Source: Narcine bancroftii (lineage: Eukaryota). Taken from it: DNA of 64,000 bases. Below the pieces are notes generated by a model that saw only the letters and a list, made by a program, of their open reading frames with translations, was not told the DNA's origin and made no database searches. Shown in pieces: positions 11,101 to 26,100 of the stretch. Every line of letters starts with the position of its first letter. Within the stretch, counting starts at the first letter, position 1. The position numbers were made by a program, and so were the translations under genes. The stretch is taken from positions 187,860,001-187,924,000 of the forward strand of contig NC_091472.1 of NCBI RefSeq assembly GCF_036971445.1, read 5' to 3'.

Positions 11101-14100
11101 GTGTAAATGATGTAACCATTTTCTCAAAAATTACTGGATTGTGATTTGTTTTCCAGTATATTAAAATTTAATATCTTCCAATGATATCCTCCTAGCATTT
11201 TTCTGTTTCCATGAGACTGCCAATTAGTGCTTAGTGTAATGAAAGAATATTTAGTTATAAATGCAGGAAGCTATCTCATGAAAACCAGTCTTTTGGAATC
11301 TAAAATACGTATAACACAAGAGAAACATTTTGTGAAGAAGAATGGAAATTTAAGAGGCCTGCCATTTCTCCATGCCAATAATTCTCCATCTCATACTTAG
11401 CCATCAAATATCATATCTAGTTTATGGATTAATTCATTTGAAATGATTTCCAAAACTCATCAAAATGTTAAGCGATTAATGTTGATCTTTTGTAAAGGAA
11501 TCCACTTGCACAACCACTTACAAACTTAATTCTTCACTGTGTGCTATACTGAATCGGCTAAGATTATCCTTGACTTTCTCATTGGAAGACCACAGTCAGT
11601 ACAACTTGGAAACAACGTCTCCTCCTCACTGATCAGCAACACAGGCGCACCCCAAGGGTGTGTGCTTTGCCTACTGCTCGACTTGTTAGACACCCACGAT
11701 TGGCCAGGCGCATTTCCAATGCCATCTAGAAGTTTGCCGATTACAACACATTTGTCAGCAGAATCACACGGCAATGAATGGTGTAACGACCATAATCTTG
11801 CTCTCAACGTCAGCAAAACCAAGGAGATGATTGTGGACTTCAGGAGAAATTCAGGGGAACATGACACAGACATCATCAAGGGCTCGGTAGTGGAGAGGGT
11901 CAAGAACTTCAAATTCCTGGGTGTCAACCTCTCCGAGGCTCTGTCCTGGAGCCTCCACATTGATGCAATCACAAAGAAGGCTCGCCAGTGGCTATACTTT
12001 GAGGTGTTTAAGAGATTCTGTATGTCACCAAAGACTCTTGTAAACCTCTACAGTGTACCATGGAGAGCATTCTGGCTGTTGCATTACTGCCTGGTATGGA
12101 GGCACCAACACTCAACTCAAGAATAAACTCCAGAAGGTTTTTAACACCGCCTGCGACATCATGGGCATCAGACTTCACTCCATTGAGGACATCCACATGA
12201 GGTGATGTCTTTAAAAAAAAAAAGCAGTCTCTATCCTCAAAGACCCCTAACTCCCAAGCCATGCTCTCTTCACTCTGATACCATTGGAGAAAAGGTACAG
12301 GAGCCTCAAAACGAGCTCTTCACGGCAAAAGGACAGCTTTCTTCCCCGCTGCCATCAGAATCCTGTTTAATCAATGAGCCAAAGACACGGCCTTACTTTT
12401 CCTGCATTACTATTGTTATTTTTTTTATGTATGTTTGCACTAATGATGCTGCAAAACCAAATTTCATAACAATAAATTCTGGTTAGTTTTTCTCAGTTCG
12501 CAACTTCTCTGTTGGTGTTATTAATGCTAATTATTCAATAATGAATATAACATTATTGAAGATCAAAAAAACAGACAATATTGAAAATTTTAAATAAAAA
12601 TGCTGGAAATAAATACTCAGCACAACAGGCCACATCAATAGGAAGTGAAGAAACTAACTACAGGTGAAAACCTTTTTGTCAGATCATCATTTTGAAATAT
12701 TCTTAAATAATTTTGAGCCAGTTTATTTTTAAGTTTTAGTAATATGGCTACAGTCATAATTTTTGATGTTCTAGTAAGGTTTTCTATATGGCGGCACTCA
12801 ATATCGTCCACATTTCCAATGCCATTTTATTCCCTCCATATTACTATCAACTCCCCACAGATTCTTGCACTCATTTTCACTTTAGGTTCAATTTACAGTG
12901 GTTAATTATTCTGCCACATTGCATAATTTTGCAACATGGGAGGAAACTAGGACACCTAGAAGGAACCCACTCATAGGAAAATCATGCAAACTCGACACAA
13001 ACAGCTCTGGAAATCAGGATTGACCTGGTTGTTGGAGCAGTGAGGCAATACCTTTCTAATTGTACCACAATTTTGCCTTTATCTTCTAATTTTGTTAAAT
13101 ATTACAAGAAAATCTTATTTTAATGGTATTTTTAAATATATTTGTGCCATTTTTTTGCAAAGGAAATTTAAGTTTTAAAATATAATAACTATAAATGTGA
13201 TTTAAATCTGATTTGGTATCTGCAGTTTTTCTGAATTCTTATTTTGAGTGATACTATGGCCATTTTTTAATTTGCTCCTGTTCATCAACTTGATAAAAGT
13301 TGTTAGTCATTTTGATACATGTGCACAAGTACCATGAATTCCTTAAATGATAACATGGCACTTATCATCTGAGAAGACAAATACTCATTCATATTCTGCA
13401 AATTAGTATTTGTAAAATTGTATTAATTCATTCTTTTGTGCAGGTTGTGGGAAGTGTTCAGTACTTCACAAGCTTTTGCCTTGACAAACTTGGACAGCCA
13501 TTATTAAATGAGAATCCACAGCTAACAAATGGATGGGAAATACCAAAGTATCCTATGCATTGAATGGAAAACCTTTTACATCTTTTGACTCATTCTTTAC
13601 CTAATTTTACATGTGTTTTTCAAATTTGGAGGTCAGTTTTACAGTACACCTAATGCTATAGTTTTTTTAATGAAAATGTCACTTATTTAACAATATTCCT
13701 GATCTGAATAGGAGATCAAAACAGAATTTAAGTGATTTGTTTTTTTGTTTTCAAAATGTAAATTTATATCTGGTGAAATTGTTCATTCACTAAGCACAGA
13801 TTCTTGTATGTGTTTGAACATAATACTCAGTGATAAGAACGTCTGAATGAAGTGGAGAACTCGTGAAATGAAATTGAGAGTCGGTAAATCAAGTAGCTAT
13901 CAATCCAGGTGCACAGCATTGTATAAGATCCCACCACTGAACACATCTTCCCCTCCGCTTTCTGCAGGAACCGCTCCCTCGGAACTCCCTTCGTCCATTC
14001 ATCCCTTCACACACAGCACTCTCTCAGTACCTACCCTTGTGATTGCAAGAAATGTTATGCTTGTGCCCACACTTCTCCCTCATCACCATTTGGAGCCTCA

Positions 14101-17100
14101 AACAGTTCTAAGTGAAGCAGCATTTCACTTGTGAATCTGCAGGGATCATTTACTGTAACCGGTGCTCCCGTTGTGCCCTCCTCTACATCAGAGAGACTGG
14201 ACAAACATTTAACTGAGCACCTTTTCCCTGTCCGCTGCAATAATGGGCCTTCAAGTGGCAAACTATTTTAATTCCACAACTCCCAGTGGCCAACTATTTT
14301 AATCCCACAACCCATTCCCATATCTACATGTTTCTCCGTGGCCAAACTGAGAAACATGTAAATTGGAGGAACAACACATAATATTTCTTCTGGACACTTT
14401 CCAACCAGATAGTATTAACATAGACTTCTCCAGCTTCTGTTGCGCACCCCAGCCCCAGTCTCTCTCTTTCCCTATCCTCTATCTTCCAGTTCTCCACCTC
14501 CCCTTTCATTCCAAATACCCCCATCACCTCAGCTTTTTTCTCTTCTACTATCCGACCTATGACCTCTTACCTGTTAGGCCGTACTCCCCTTGCCCCTTCC
14601 TCTCTCCTATCCTCCCCCAACCTTTTATTCAGGCACCAGCCCACTTTTTGCTCGTACCTTGATGCAGTACTCAGACAAAAATGTTGACTACCCTTTACTT
14701 CCTCTAGATGCTGAGTGACCTGCTGAGTTTCTCCAACACTTTTGTGTATTGCATGGAGTTCTGCAGTTGTTTTGGTGTCTCAGTACTTTATATATATATA
14801 TATATAACTAATTGAAAATGAAATGCCCTGTTACAAAATCCTTCCTGTCAATAATGATCTCTCTAAGATTCTTTAAAGTATATGTTTGTGGAAATGAGTA
14901 ATTCCTGAATGCATTTCAAAGATACCAACAAGTCTTCGCTCAAGTTGTATCTTTAGATGGACAAGAAGTGGAACTGAAAGCTAAGAGGTATGTGCAAGAG
15001 TGAGAAATTTGTATCACTTTTTGTTTGAAATACAAATGGGGCTTTGTTGAAACGCATGATTAACACAGCAAAAACATTTTATGTATCAAATAGGCCAAAG
15101 TCTTGTTGTTTCAACTGTGGTTCAACAGAACATCAATTAAAAGATTGTCCAAAGGTAGGATGGTTACGATATTGAGCTGTCATTTAACATAGTAGCAGTT
15201 GTATGCATCTGTCACACAGAGGTCAAAAATTTGTATGTTGATTCTTTCAAGGTTTGTCATAGATGTAATAGTTGAGTTAAATTCTCAATTTGTTTAAACT
15301 TCAAAAGTTCTGGAAACTGGCCATCTTGGTTAGATGCAATTAAGTTTAGCTGACCTAAAAAGATAGGTTCAAGCAGAAGCCAGTTTCCAGAATTTGAATG
15401 TATAATACCAGTTGATAAATCAATGAAGAGATGTTAATTTGTTAGAGACGTGTACTCTTGCATTTAATAGTAAACTGTGGCCAATGTACTATCATTGGTT
15501 GACATAGAGGATCTCAACAACACGCTGGGAAGGATAGGGACATTTTCTGATGTCCAAAATTTCAGTCATCCTTCATGCAACCCCATCCACTCTGTTTAAT
15601 GTATTTTGTGTAAATTAGATGTACAGTGATTTGGAACATTTTGACATAAAATATGCCATATATTCATTGCAGTGTTTAAATACATTGCCTTCTTTAAAAG
15701 TTTCAGAAACTTTTTTTGTCCCTCTCTGTGCTATCTGTCATTAGTTTTCTTAATAAATGTACTTGATGGTATGGAACAGCAGATTGTGAATTTGACCATT
15801 GATTTCAGTAAAGGTAGTGTTTAATCACACCTGGGCACTATACTCTGCCCAAGTTCAAAATTGATAAGTTCATCCAATTGAAAAATGTATAAATTTGTAA
15901 AGATATCAAACCTGAAGCATCTTTGGTTTTAAAATTCTGTATTTGTTTTTTAATTATTGAGGAATTGATTAGTAGCGTATTAACCAGACCTGTTGCATGC
16001 CCAACTTTTATGAGGACATGTCAGTAAAGTAGCTGGGAAAGAACTCTAGTCAGAGGTAGTTTTTTTTAAACAATTGATTGATCTTCAGAGAGGGAAAGTG
16101 CAGCATGTTATTAATTTTGGGATTGCAGTTGCACACTTTCAAACATTCCTATTTTATGAGTGATTGTTAACAGCAAAAATAACTAATTCGTATCTTTTAA
16201 TTAACCTTATAGCCACGTGATCTTGCTCGCATTAGTGAAAAAAGAAAAGAATTCATGACAATGGCCAGTGATTCACCTAATTCAAGTTCTCAACAACGTT
16301 ATCATATGGAGAGGTTTGAAAAGTTCAAACCAGGAGTTATAAGGTAAAAACACTTGTAGATGAGATTACAATAGAATCATGGTGGAGGCAGCCACTCTTT
16401 GAATTGTGCCCATTGGGAAAAAAACTTTCAAATTAGACTCATTTACCCTTCTAACGAAATAAAGAACTGATTTTGTGAAATAAACTGCCTATATCCATTT
16501 AAAAAAATGTTTTGGCCAGAAAACCTTTGAATTCTGCTGTAATTATAGGTCATAGAAATAGCAGCACAACCTTGAACTTTGACCCTCCTGAAGTTACTTT
16601 TGCCATGCTTGAACTACTTAGTTTCATTTTTAATAGCATTGAATAGTATTGTTTAATTTAATTTTTGCAGTGAAGAACTTAAAGAGGCTCTTGGGATGAC
16701 AGTTGAAGATCTTCCACCTTTCATCTATCGGATGCGCCAATTGGGTTATCCACCAGGATGGTTGCTGGAGACTGAACAGGAGAATTCAGGTCTTGCTTTA
16801 TATGATGGAAAAGGTGAAGTATTTCAAATCTGAACTTTGTAAATACTTAGATATGAGAAATGTTTGCAGTGTTTTGTCAAGGCACCATTTCCTATTCTCA
16901 TTGCTATATGATAATTTTCATTTTAAGCATATAATTATTGTATGCATCATAAATCTCCACCATAGTTGGGTCATTCTATGGGGTTTATTGAATAGGATTA
17001 ACCATAGCTTGCTTCTCTCATTCTGGTAAATAAAGTATTTACTTTGTGCAACAATCATGATCTAGCATACATTCTTCTCCAAATTTTATTTATTGAACAA

Positions 17101-20100
17101 TGAGGATAAATGGCATGAAACCAGCCAATCTGAGAGCAGCTTTGACTGCACCCAGTGAAGAATTTGCTCTTGTGCTTGTACAGTGTTTGGAAATGGCTTA
17201 AGTGCTAAAGATAATAACACAATTTAATATTTAATGGTTAAGTAAATATTAAGAGGTCTGATAAATGTATTTAAAGTAGCCAATTGCTTTCTGCCAACTA
17301 TTTGGAACAAATTAAGAACAAGTCTAAGTTTAACATGTTATGTTACTTTGATGTACTCCTGATTTTTTTTTAGAAGTAAATGTCTCCAATTATATTATTT
17401 GGAAATTTCTGTCACTTTTCCACTAAAAGCCCTTGCATGCATTTATTTTAATGCAGCTTCACAGTCAATAGCGTACTTCAGACAAAAAGCTCTTCTTCAC
17501 TTCTTCAATGTTGTCATCGTTGAGTAATAACACTGGACAACAATTTTTTTCCCCCAAAAGGTTTGATTCCTTAAAATAAACCAGTGTATTACGATAGGCA
17601 ACGCCAAGCTTAACGCAAAGATAATTTCAGATTTGCTGTATAATGTACAAAGTTGGAGAAACATTAAATTAACTTGTATTTAATTTAGCATGTTTAATTG
17701 CATAATGATGCTGAGCCAAGCTCTCAGGTTGACCCCTGCACATGTTCCACAACAATCATGAGGAGCTCAGGGTTTGTCTTGGTTACCAATTTTACAATTG
17801 AAGTAGAGCTCAAAGGCTTTCTTAATAAGTGCAGTCTTGCTGTGTCTTTGAGCCTTAAGCAGATGCTTGCCTCAAATGACACAGAATGTATCGCAGCTGT
17901 TGTAACATTGATAAGACATTTCTGCTGCATTGAATCTTCCTGAAGACAATAAATGCTATTGTTAATTACACTCACTATGCTATTGTTGGAAGAACATGTG
18001 CATCAACATGCATTCAATCTATATTAATGTAATGCACAGCGTCTGTATCTGTGAGCTGCCTTTGGTTGGTGCGGTTCATTCAACAAATCTGTTGAGTCAA
18101 AGGGGGAGGAAAAATATGTTTCTGAATGATGAGAGCAATGCAGGAATCCATTACTAAAATATGAAATTAATTTGCATTTGAGCTTCCTGGGTTTACCCAA
18201 ATTCCCCTACACAATTTAGCAAAGTATTAATTGCACTTTCTCGAAGCTTGTGAAATATATTTTACAATTTAATTTGCATGATATTTTTTAAAGGTAACAA
18301 TATCACGTTTTGCAATGATGATCCAAAAGCAATCATCATGTTTCTACTCAAGGATAGAATCATTCATTTGATCAAAAATACTACATTTAACTACTATTAT
18401 TATTCTTTTTAAAATATATATTGAGTTTAATTAAAAGCATACACATATATAGTGAATGGCATAAACCATATCACATGCATAAAACATACTTACATTTTAA
18501 ATTGAAAACATATCCATAATTCATTTCTTAACTTAATTTTAACTAGGATTCAATTGAATTAAAAGTTGATATGGACTCCAAATTTTAGAAAAAAGATCTT
18601 TCTCTCTTCAATTCTATTGACTATTTCTTCCATTTTTTTACCCCTGGGGTGTGGATTGGAAGGGGAGGGTTAGGGCTTGTTTTTTTTTCCTTGTTTTTTT
18701 TTCTTACTCAAAATCAACATTGAATTATAAGATTATTTCTTTTTATGTAATTCATGTTGATTTGAAAATATAAACAGTTGATGCATTCTTCATAATATAT
18801 CAAAGATAATATTGAAAAGATGAAGCAAAGTAGAAGATAAAAAAGATAAACCCCAGGAAGGAGGAAAGTTTAAAACAATAAAAATCTGAGCAATAATATT
18901 CTTTCTTTTAAAATAAGGTAAGTTGTAAATAAAATTCTAAAAAGAAAGAGAATTTATCTTCTGTAATATAATCAAACTCATCTAAACTCATTTATTTAAT
19001 GTCTCTTAAGAAAAAAGAAATAAAAAACAGAGGAATAAACTCCTCCCTCTAAACAAGGCTAACTTATGTAAATAATACACATGAATCGAATGACCACTTC
19101 CAGAAACCAGACAATGCAACTCGGGAGCATCCAAACATCCTAATTCTTTAAATTATGATAGTAATCCAAGAATGGGCCCCACGCCTTATGAAAATTAAGC
19201 TTTACATTTTTAATATGATTTGATTTTTTTTTCAAAACAGGAAAGACTTATTTAACCATTGAATGTGAGTAGGTGGAGTGTTGTCTTTCTATTACATAGT
19301 ATTATTTTTGAAGACATCCAAAATTTCCTGATAAAACTGGCAGGATTTGGTCCAACAATTCGCCAGACTTGTTTCTTCAGTTTGCCTATTTCTGTATCTT
19401 TTTACAATTCTATGTCACACATTTAATTTGATCTTACCATTGTTAAATAAAACTTTCAAATTTACTTTTCATCAATCTTCATACAAAAATACTTAATTTT
19501 TGTAATAGTTTTAAATGTTACATTCCTTTCCAATGAATAGTCTACTGATTAAATTGCATTCTATTTATTGATTATACACTGGACAACAATTATTTTCAAA
19601 GGGTTTGCTTCCTGAAAAGAAATTGGGGATAATGATAGACAACTTCAAGATGAACACACAGATTTTTTCAGATTTGCTGTATCATGTACCAAGTTGGAGA
19701 AACACTAAGTCAACTTTTATGATATTTAAGTTGTTTAATTGCATGATGTACCCCCCCAAGCCTAGCTCTCATGTTGACTGCACATGTTGCACAACAAATG
19801 TGAGGAGCCCAGGGTTTGTCTTGGTCACCAATTTTAAAACCGAGATAGAGCTCATAGGCTTTCTCAATAAGTTCAGTCTTGCTGCATCTTTGAGCTTTAC
19901 GTATACTTGATGTATCACAGCTGTTGCGATATTGACAAAACATTTCTGCTGTATTGAATCTTCCTGAAGACAAAAATGCTCTTGTTAATTACACTCACTA
20001 TGTTAGTGCCTGAAGAGCATGTGCACCACATGCTTTCAGATCTATAATCAATGGAATACATAGCATCTGTATATATCAGTTGCTTTTATAGTCTGACTGC

Positions 20101-23100
20101 ATCTATCTTTACTAAGCATGCCCAGGCCTAAGACAGCATTTGCATAGCACCTGCACTGGATGCATGCCCAGACATGCTTGGACTGAACAAAACATCTTGC
20201 TTTGTGGGCAATGTATTAGTAGACTTCACAAAATAGCTAATAGCTAAAAAGTATACGATAGGAAAATTTTATGGTGGTTTTCGTGATCAGCAGCCTAACA
20301 TCCTTAAAATATACCCTAAGGTGTTAAGGAAGCAAAATCTTTGTTGTTCAGTGTAATATTTTTTCCTAGCCTATCAATATTGTTGAAATCAAAGTTAATC
20401 GTGAGTAAAAATCTGACTTCTAACATGGATACCATATGTTAAATCAGTTTTATTGTTGTAAGATTAGGCTACTTGTCTCAGTGATTGTGAGTTAACTTCA
20501 CATCATCAAGGCTGGTGAGGCAGAGTGATTATTTGAACTTTTGAGAAAATGGTAAGCCTTCATCCCTGCTGATTTTTGTGTCTGTCCTGAGAAGATGGTT
20601 GGTTGCTTGTTTCTCCATGAAGCCATATTTTACTGACAACTCGAAGAAGGGGAAAGCAGATGGTTAATGAATGCATTCTGCAAAAAAATTGACAGATGGG
20701 AGTATAAAGTGGGAAAATGGAAAAGCAGTATAGGGTTTAAATGGGGAGAGATTCCAAAATAATGTGGTATAGAGGGATCTGGTTATCCTTGTACACAAAG
20801 CACAAAGTTGGCATTCAGGTACAGCAAGTAGTCATGAAGTTGAAGGGAAATTTGCCCTTTATTGCATATGAAATAAAGTTCGAAAGTGGGGAAATCTTGC
20901 TGCAACAATGCCAGCAGTTAATGAGACCACACCTGGTGCACTGTATACATTTTCAGTGCAAAGGAGACTCACTCAGTTGATTCCCGTATGAAGAGATTGC
21001 CTTGTGAGAAAGGCATGAGCAGGTTCGATCTATAGTTGTTGGGGGTTTAGAAGAATGAGAAGAGATCTTGTTAAAGGATGTTTCCTCTCCACAGAATAGA
21101 GAACTGGGGTCATTTTATTCCAAGAATAATGAGTCACCCATTTAAGAAAGAATTACTTCTGAGGTAAAGAATCATTTCTGAGGGTGAGAATCCTTAGAAT
21201 TCTCTACCCTAGAGATCTGGAGGCCGTCAAGAATAATGTTTTGGTCTTGGAGATTTGAAAGATCATGAGGTACAGACAGGAAATGAAGCTGAGGGCAAAA
21301 TTGATTCACCCTTGATTGAATGCTAGATTTAGCTTTTTTTTTGTTGCTGTGGTATTTTGTTGAATTCCATAATGATTTTGAGAGGATATCATGGTCTTTG
21401 AGCATCAAAATGAAGAAAAGTTAGTGTTTGTCCAAGTCAGGGTGATGTGCAACTTAAAGCTAAAACAATCGAACAATCTATAGGATGCCTTGTTTCATGG
21501 AAAGCCAACTTTTAAAAGACATTGAAAATGGAAGGATTTGTATTTTCTGAAGTTGAGATTTTTTTTTGTCTGGGCATGAGTTAACTCATTTTTATTTTTG
21601 TCTTACTTTTATACATAGATTCAAGCGACAGTGAAATGGAGCATGACAAACAACATCCAAAAGCTAGCTTTCCATCCTATGATACAAGTAAACTAATAGA
21701 TTATGCAGGATTCAATGCTGTCATTCCAAAAGGGATTCAGGATGTAAGCATTGCACTTGGAATAGTACAATCTGTGTACATATTTGTAATCTTTTCTGTC
21801 CTATCCAAAATGTTCTGAGAAAGTAGTTAACCTAGATTTATATTTTTCTATAAATTTAACAACTATTTAACCAACCAGCCTAAAAGATAAAAGCTGATGG
21901 GCATTTTTGACTTCTGAGGATCACAATTTTGTGGTTCTGTTGTTTTGCCGAAAAGAGTTATTATTGAAAACAAAATCCTGTTCTGCAATAGTTTTTATTT
22001 TTTAGTTTCAGGACTAGTTTTTTTCCTAGTTGAGAGCACCAAACCCAAGAAACTTCCAGGGCCTTGTAACCAAAACATCATGACTTGTACTATTGCATGG
22101 CTCTTGGAGTCAACATGTTAGCACTCTTCTACACCTTTCCCACTAACAGTAATGAAATTAAGATTTTTCGTTTTTTGGAATATAGTTTTCTGTTTCTTTT
22201 CTCAACTAAAACACTTCATGGAATGTAGCCAAATCTTCACCCACAAAAATATGGACCAAAACTTTTAGTTGACTGAAAGCAGAGGGCATCAGCTGTGAAA
22301 GTTTTAAATGTTTTTAGTACAGTAAAACTGGTATCCAGCACCTAAGGAGATTGGTAGATGCCAGATTTCTGTTTGCTTGAGATTCACTCTGACAATGCCT
22401 AACTAATACACCTGCATTAAGAATAAACAGTTTATCAGATAAAAAATACTAAACTGTACTTATTCTGAACAAACATTACTTGCATGAATATATAAGCCTT
22501 AAAGGATTTTATTTTTAGTCACATTCTTTGAAAATATTTAACTGTCGCTGCATCTCCAGTTCCTCCACCTCCACAGGGCCACCCGAAAGACGAACCATAG
22601 CATTATAGATATTTAGCCCCGCATCAAGTTTACAGATTCTCTTACCAGGAAAGCTTTTAATAAGCAGGGATAAGGGGACATTTTAAGAGAGTCTCCCCAA
22701 TGGCGAGCAGAATCAACTAGCTCTTCATCATGGGCGACAGCATTTTATTTAAACACAACATTTTTCAAACAGATGCTACAAACAAAACATAACCAAGGCA
22801 CTCTGCTGGTTGAATATTTGCCACCATCTTCACCAAAGGTTTATGTGTTACTTCCGAGAACATTTACTTTGACTTATTATTTTATTCCTATTTATTTTAA
22901 TTTTTTAATTTATTTTGCTGGGTTTTTTTTTTCCAGTTGCTTAAGGCTGTCATTTGCCTGAATTCCGGACACATGGGGTTTTACTGTACTCTGTATAAAT
23001 TTAAAATTGTTTGCAGAAGAGAAAATTGTAATAAAATTTCCAACTTTGGTTACTGCCTTCCGTATGTTTTCCTACTCCAATCGTGAAACTATTTTTAATT

Positions 23101-26100
23101 ATCGCTAGAATCCTTTTTAATTTTTCTGGACCAATTGCTGATTCTATGAATGCCAAAAAGATTTTTTTTCTGATATTTATTGGTTATTTTATCTTCGTCA
23201 ACAGGAATGGAGACTCTATGGTTCAATTCCAATGCAATCTCATCATCTCAAGGAACACTTTGCACATCAGTTGAATACGAATTATCTCACAGTAAGTGTG
23301 ATCATTTCAGACTCCATTTCCCTATCTCTGCTTGGTGACAAAATGCTACACAGTTACTTTTACATTTGAAACTAGTAATTATCAATTCACAGTAGATCAT
23401 CAGCAGACAAAATTGCAATGCAATTAGGATCAAACCAGCTTTGTTAAATAGTTCACACCTTAACAGCAATTTCTCAGAAATATAAGAACAGTATTTACTC
23501 TCCAAGAGTTTACAGCATGGAAACAGGCCCCACATCCACATTGACCAAATTGTCTACCGAAGTTAGTCCTATTTGCCTTTGATTGGCCCATATCTCTCTA
23601 AACCTTTCCTATCTGTGATCCTGTCTAAATATCTTTCAAGCATTACAATTGTACCCATCTCTACCACTTCCTGTGGCAGCTTGTTCCATAATAACCACCA
23701 TCATGCAAAGTAGAAGGTAAGTTCCATTTTTAATTGTTCCTCTTTAATAGTTTTAAATATACTGGACAATGAAGATTTTGCTTTCTGAACACATTTGAAG
23801 AGAGTGCTCTGCAGGTTCTTTTAAGTCTTTCCTCTCAGCTTAAATCTGTGCCCTTTAGTTTTAGATTCCCTACCATGAAAAGTCAATGACCTGTTATTAC
23901 ATTATCTATGCCCCCTCATGATTTTATAAATCTCTGTTCCTTCCCCCCACACCTACCCAAGCCTCTTGTGCTCTCAGCCTCTCCTTGTAATTCAAGTCCA
24001 CCAGTCCTGGTAACATTCTTCTCGTTTTTTTTTCCAACACCCTTTCCAGTTTAGTATCTTTACTATAACTGGGTAACGAGAACAGTGCGCAAAACTCCCA
24101 GTGCAGTCTGACCAATATCATATACAGCTGTAACATAATGTCCTGACTCTTGTATCAGTGTCCGACTGATGAAGACAAGAGCGTGAAACTCCATCTTCAC
24201 CACTTCTTGTATCGCCACTCACGTAAAAAATGTACCTGTACGCCAAAGTAAACCTGTTCTACGACACTAGCCAGGGGATTTTCATTCATTGTCCGAGTCC
24301 CATCATGGTTTAACCAACTAGAGTGCAACACCTGCCATTCCTTAGTCCACTTTTCCAAATCATCTGAACCCTGTTGTAAACTCAGGTAACCTTCACTATC
24401 CTCAAGCACATCCCTGGTCACCTCCCTCCGATCTGAGTAACAACTCTGCACTGCTGACTTGCTGTAACCATCAAGCCATTTCTATATTCATTGGCCAGTC
24501 TCACCTGAATCCCATGCAATTTAACCTTCTGGACCAACCTACCATAATGTACCTTGTCAAAAGCCTTGCTAAAGTCCATATAGACAACATCTACCATGCT
24601 ACTCTCAATCTTCATGGTCACCTCTTCAAACAAAAAAGGATCAAATTTATGTGACATGATTTCCCTTGCATAAAACCATGTTGATTATCCCTAATCTGTC
24701 CTTCGCTTTCCAAATGCGTGTAGATCCTGTCCCTTGAAATCCCCTCCAGTAATTTGCACACATCGGGCATTAGTTTCCTGGCTTGTTCTTTTAGACTATT
24801 ATTTAAATAAAGACAACAGTAGTCACCTTCCAGTTTTATGGCACCTCATTTGTGCTTAACAATGATGCAAATATCTGCCAGCACTCATGCAATTTCTTCC
24901 ATAGCTTTCCATAATATCCTAGGATACACTTGATCAGGACCTGGGGATTTATCTACCTTTTTGCATTTTAAGATCTCCAGTGCCTGTAATGTGGACTCTC
25001 TTCAACTTATCAATACTTACTTCTCTGAGTTCTCTAACCTCCATGTCTTACAAATAAGAAATATTATGGATCTTGCCCATCTCTTGTGGATCCATGCATT
25101 AAAGAACTTTGATGATCCTTAAGGGCCCTATTCTTGCCTAGTTACTCTTTGTTCTTGATATACAGTAGAATCCCTATTATTGGGCACTTACAGGGATCGC
25201 AGATGTTGGTTATGCAAATTTTCCAGTTGACTCAGACACTCTTCCAATGCCTAACTCTTTCTTTGGCTTGGCTTCGCGGACGAAGATTTATGTAGGGGGT
25301 AAAAGTCCACGTCAGCTGCAGGCTCGTTTGTGGCTGACAAGTCCGATGCGGGACAGGCAGACACGGTTGCAGCGGCTGCAGGGGAAAATTGGTTGGTTGG
25401 GGTTGGGTGTTGGGTTTTTCCTCCTTTGCCTTTTGTCAGTGAGGTGGGCTCTGCGGTCTTCTTCAAAGGAGGTTGCTGCCCGCCAAACTGTGAGGTGCCA
25501 AGATGCACGGTTTGAGGCGATATCAGCCCACTGGCGGTGGTCAATGTGGCAGGCACCAAGAGATTTCTTTAGGCAGTCCTTGTACCTCTTCTTTGGTGCA
25601 CCTCTGTCACGGTGGCCAGTGGAGAGCTCGCCATATAACACGATCTTGGGAAGGCGATGGTCCTCCATTCTGGAGACGTGACCCACCCAGCGCAGCTGGA
25701 TCTTCAGCAGCGTGGACTCGATGCTGTCGACCTCTGCCATCTCGAGTACTTCGACGTTAGGGATGAAAGCGCTCCAATGGATGTTGAGGATGGAGCGGAG
25801 ACAACGCTGGTGGAAGCGTTCTAGGAGCCGTAGGTGATGCCGGTAGAGGACCCATGATTCGGAGCCGAACAGGAGTGTGGGTATGACAACGGCTCTGTAT
25901 ACGCTTATCTTTGTGAGGTTTTTCAGTTGGTTGTTTTTCCAGACTCTTTTGTGTAGTCTTCCAAAGGCGCTATTTGCCTTGGCGAGTCTGTTGTCTATCT
26001 CATTGTCGATCTTTGCATCTGATGAAATGGTGCAGCCGAGATAGGTAAACTGGTTGACCGTTTTGAGTTTTGTGTGCCCGATGGAGATGTTTGGCCTGGA

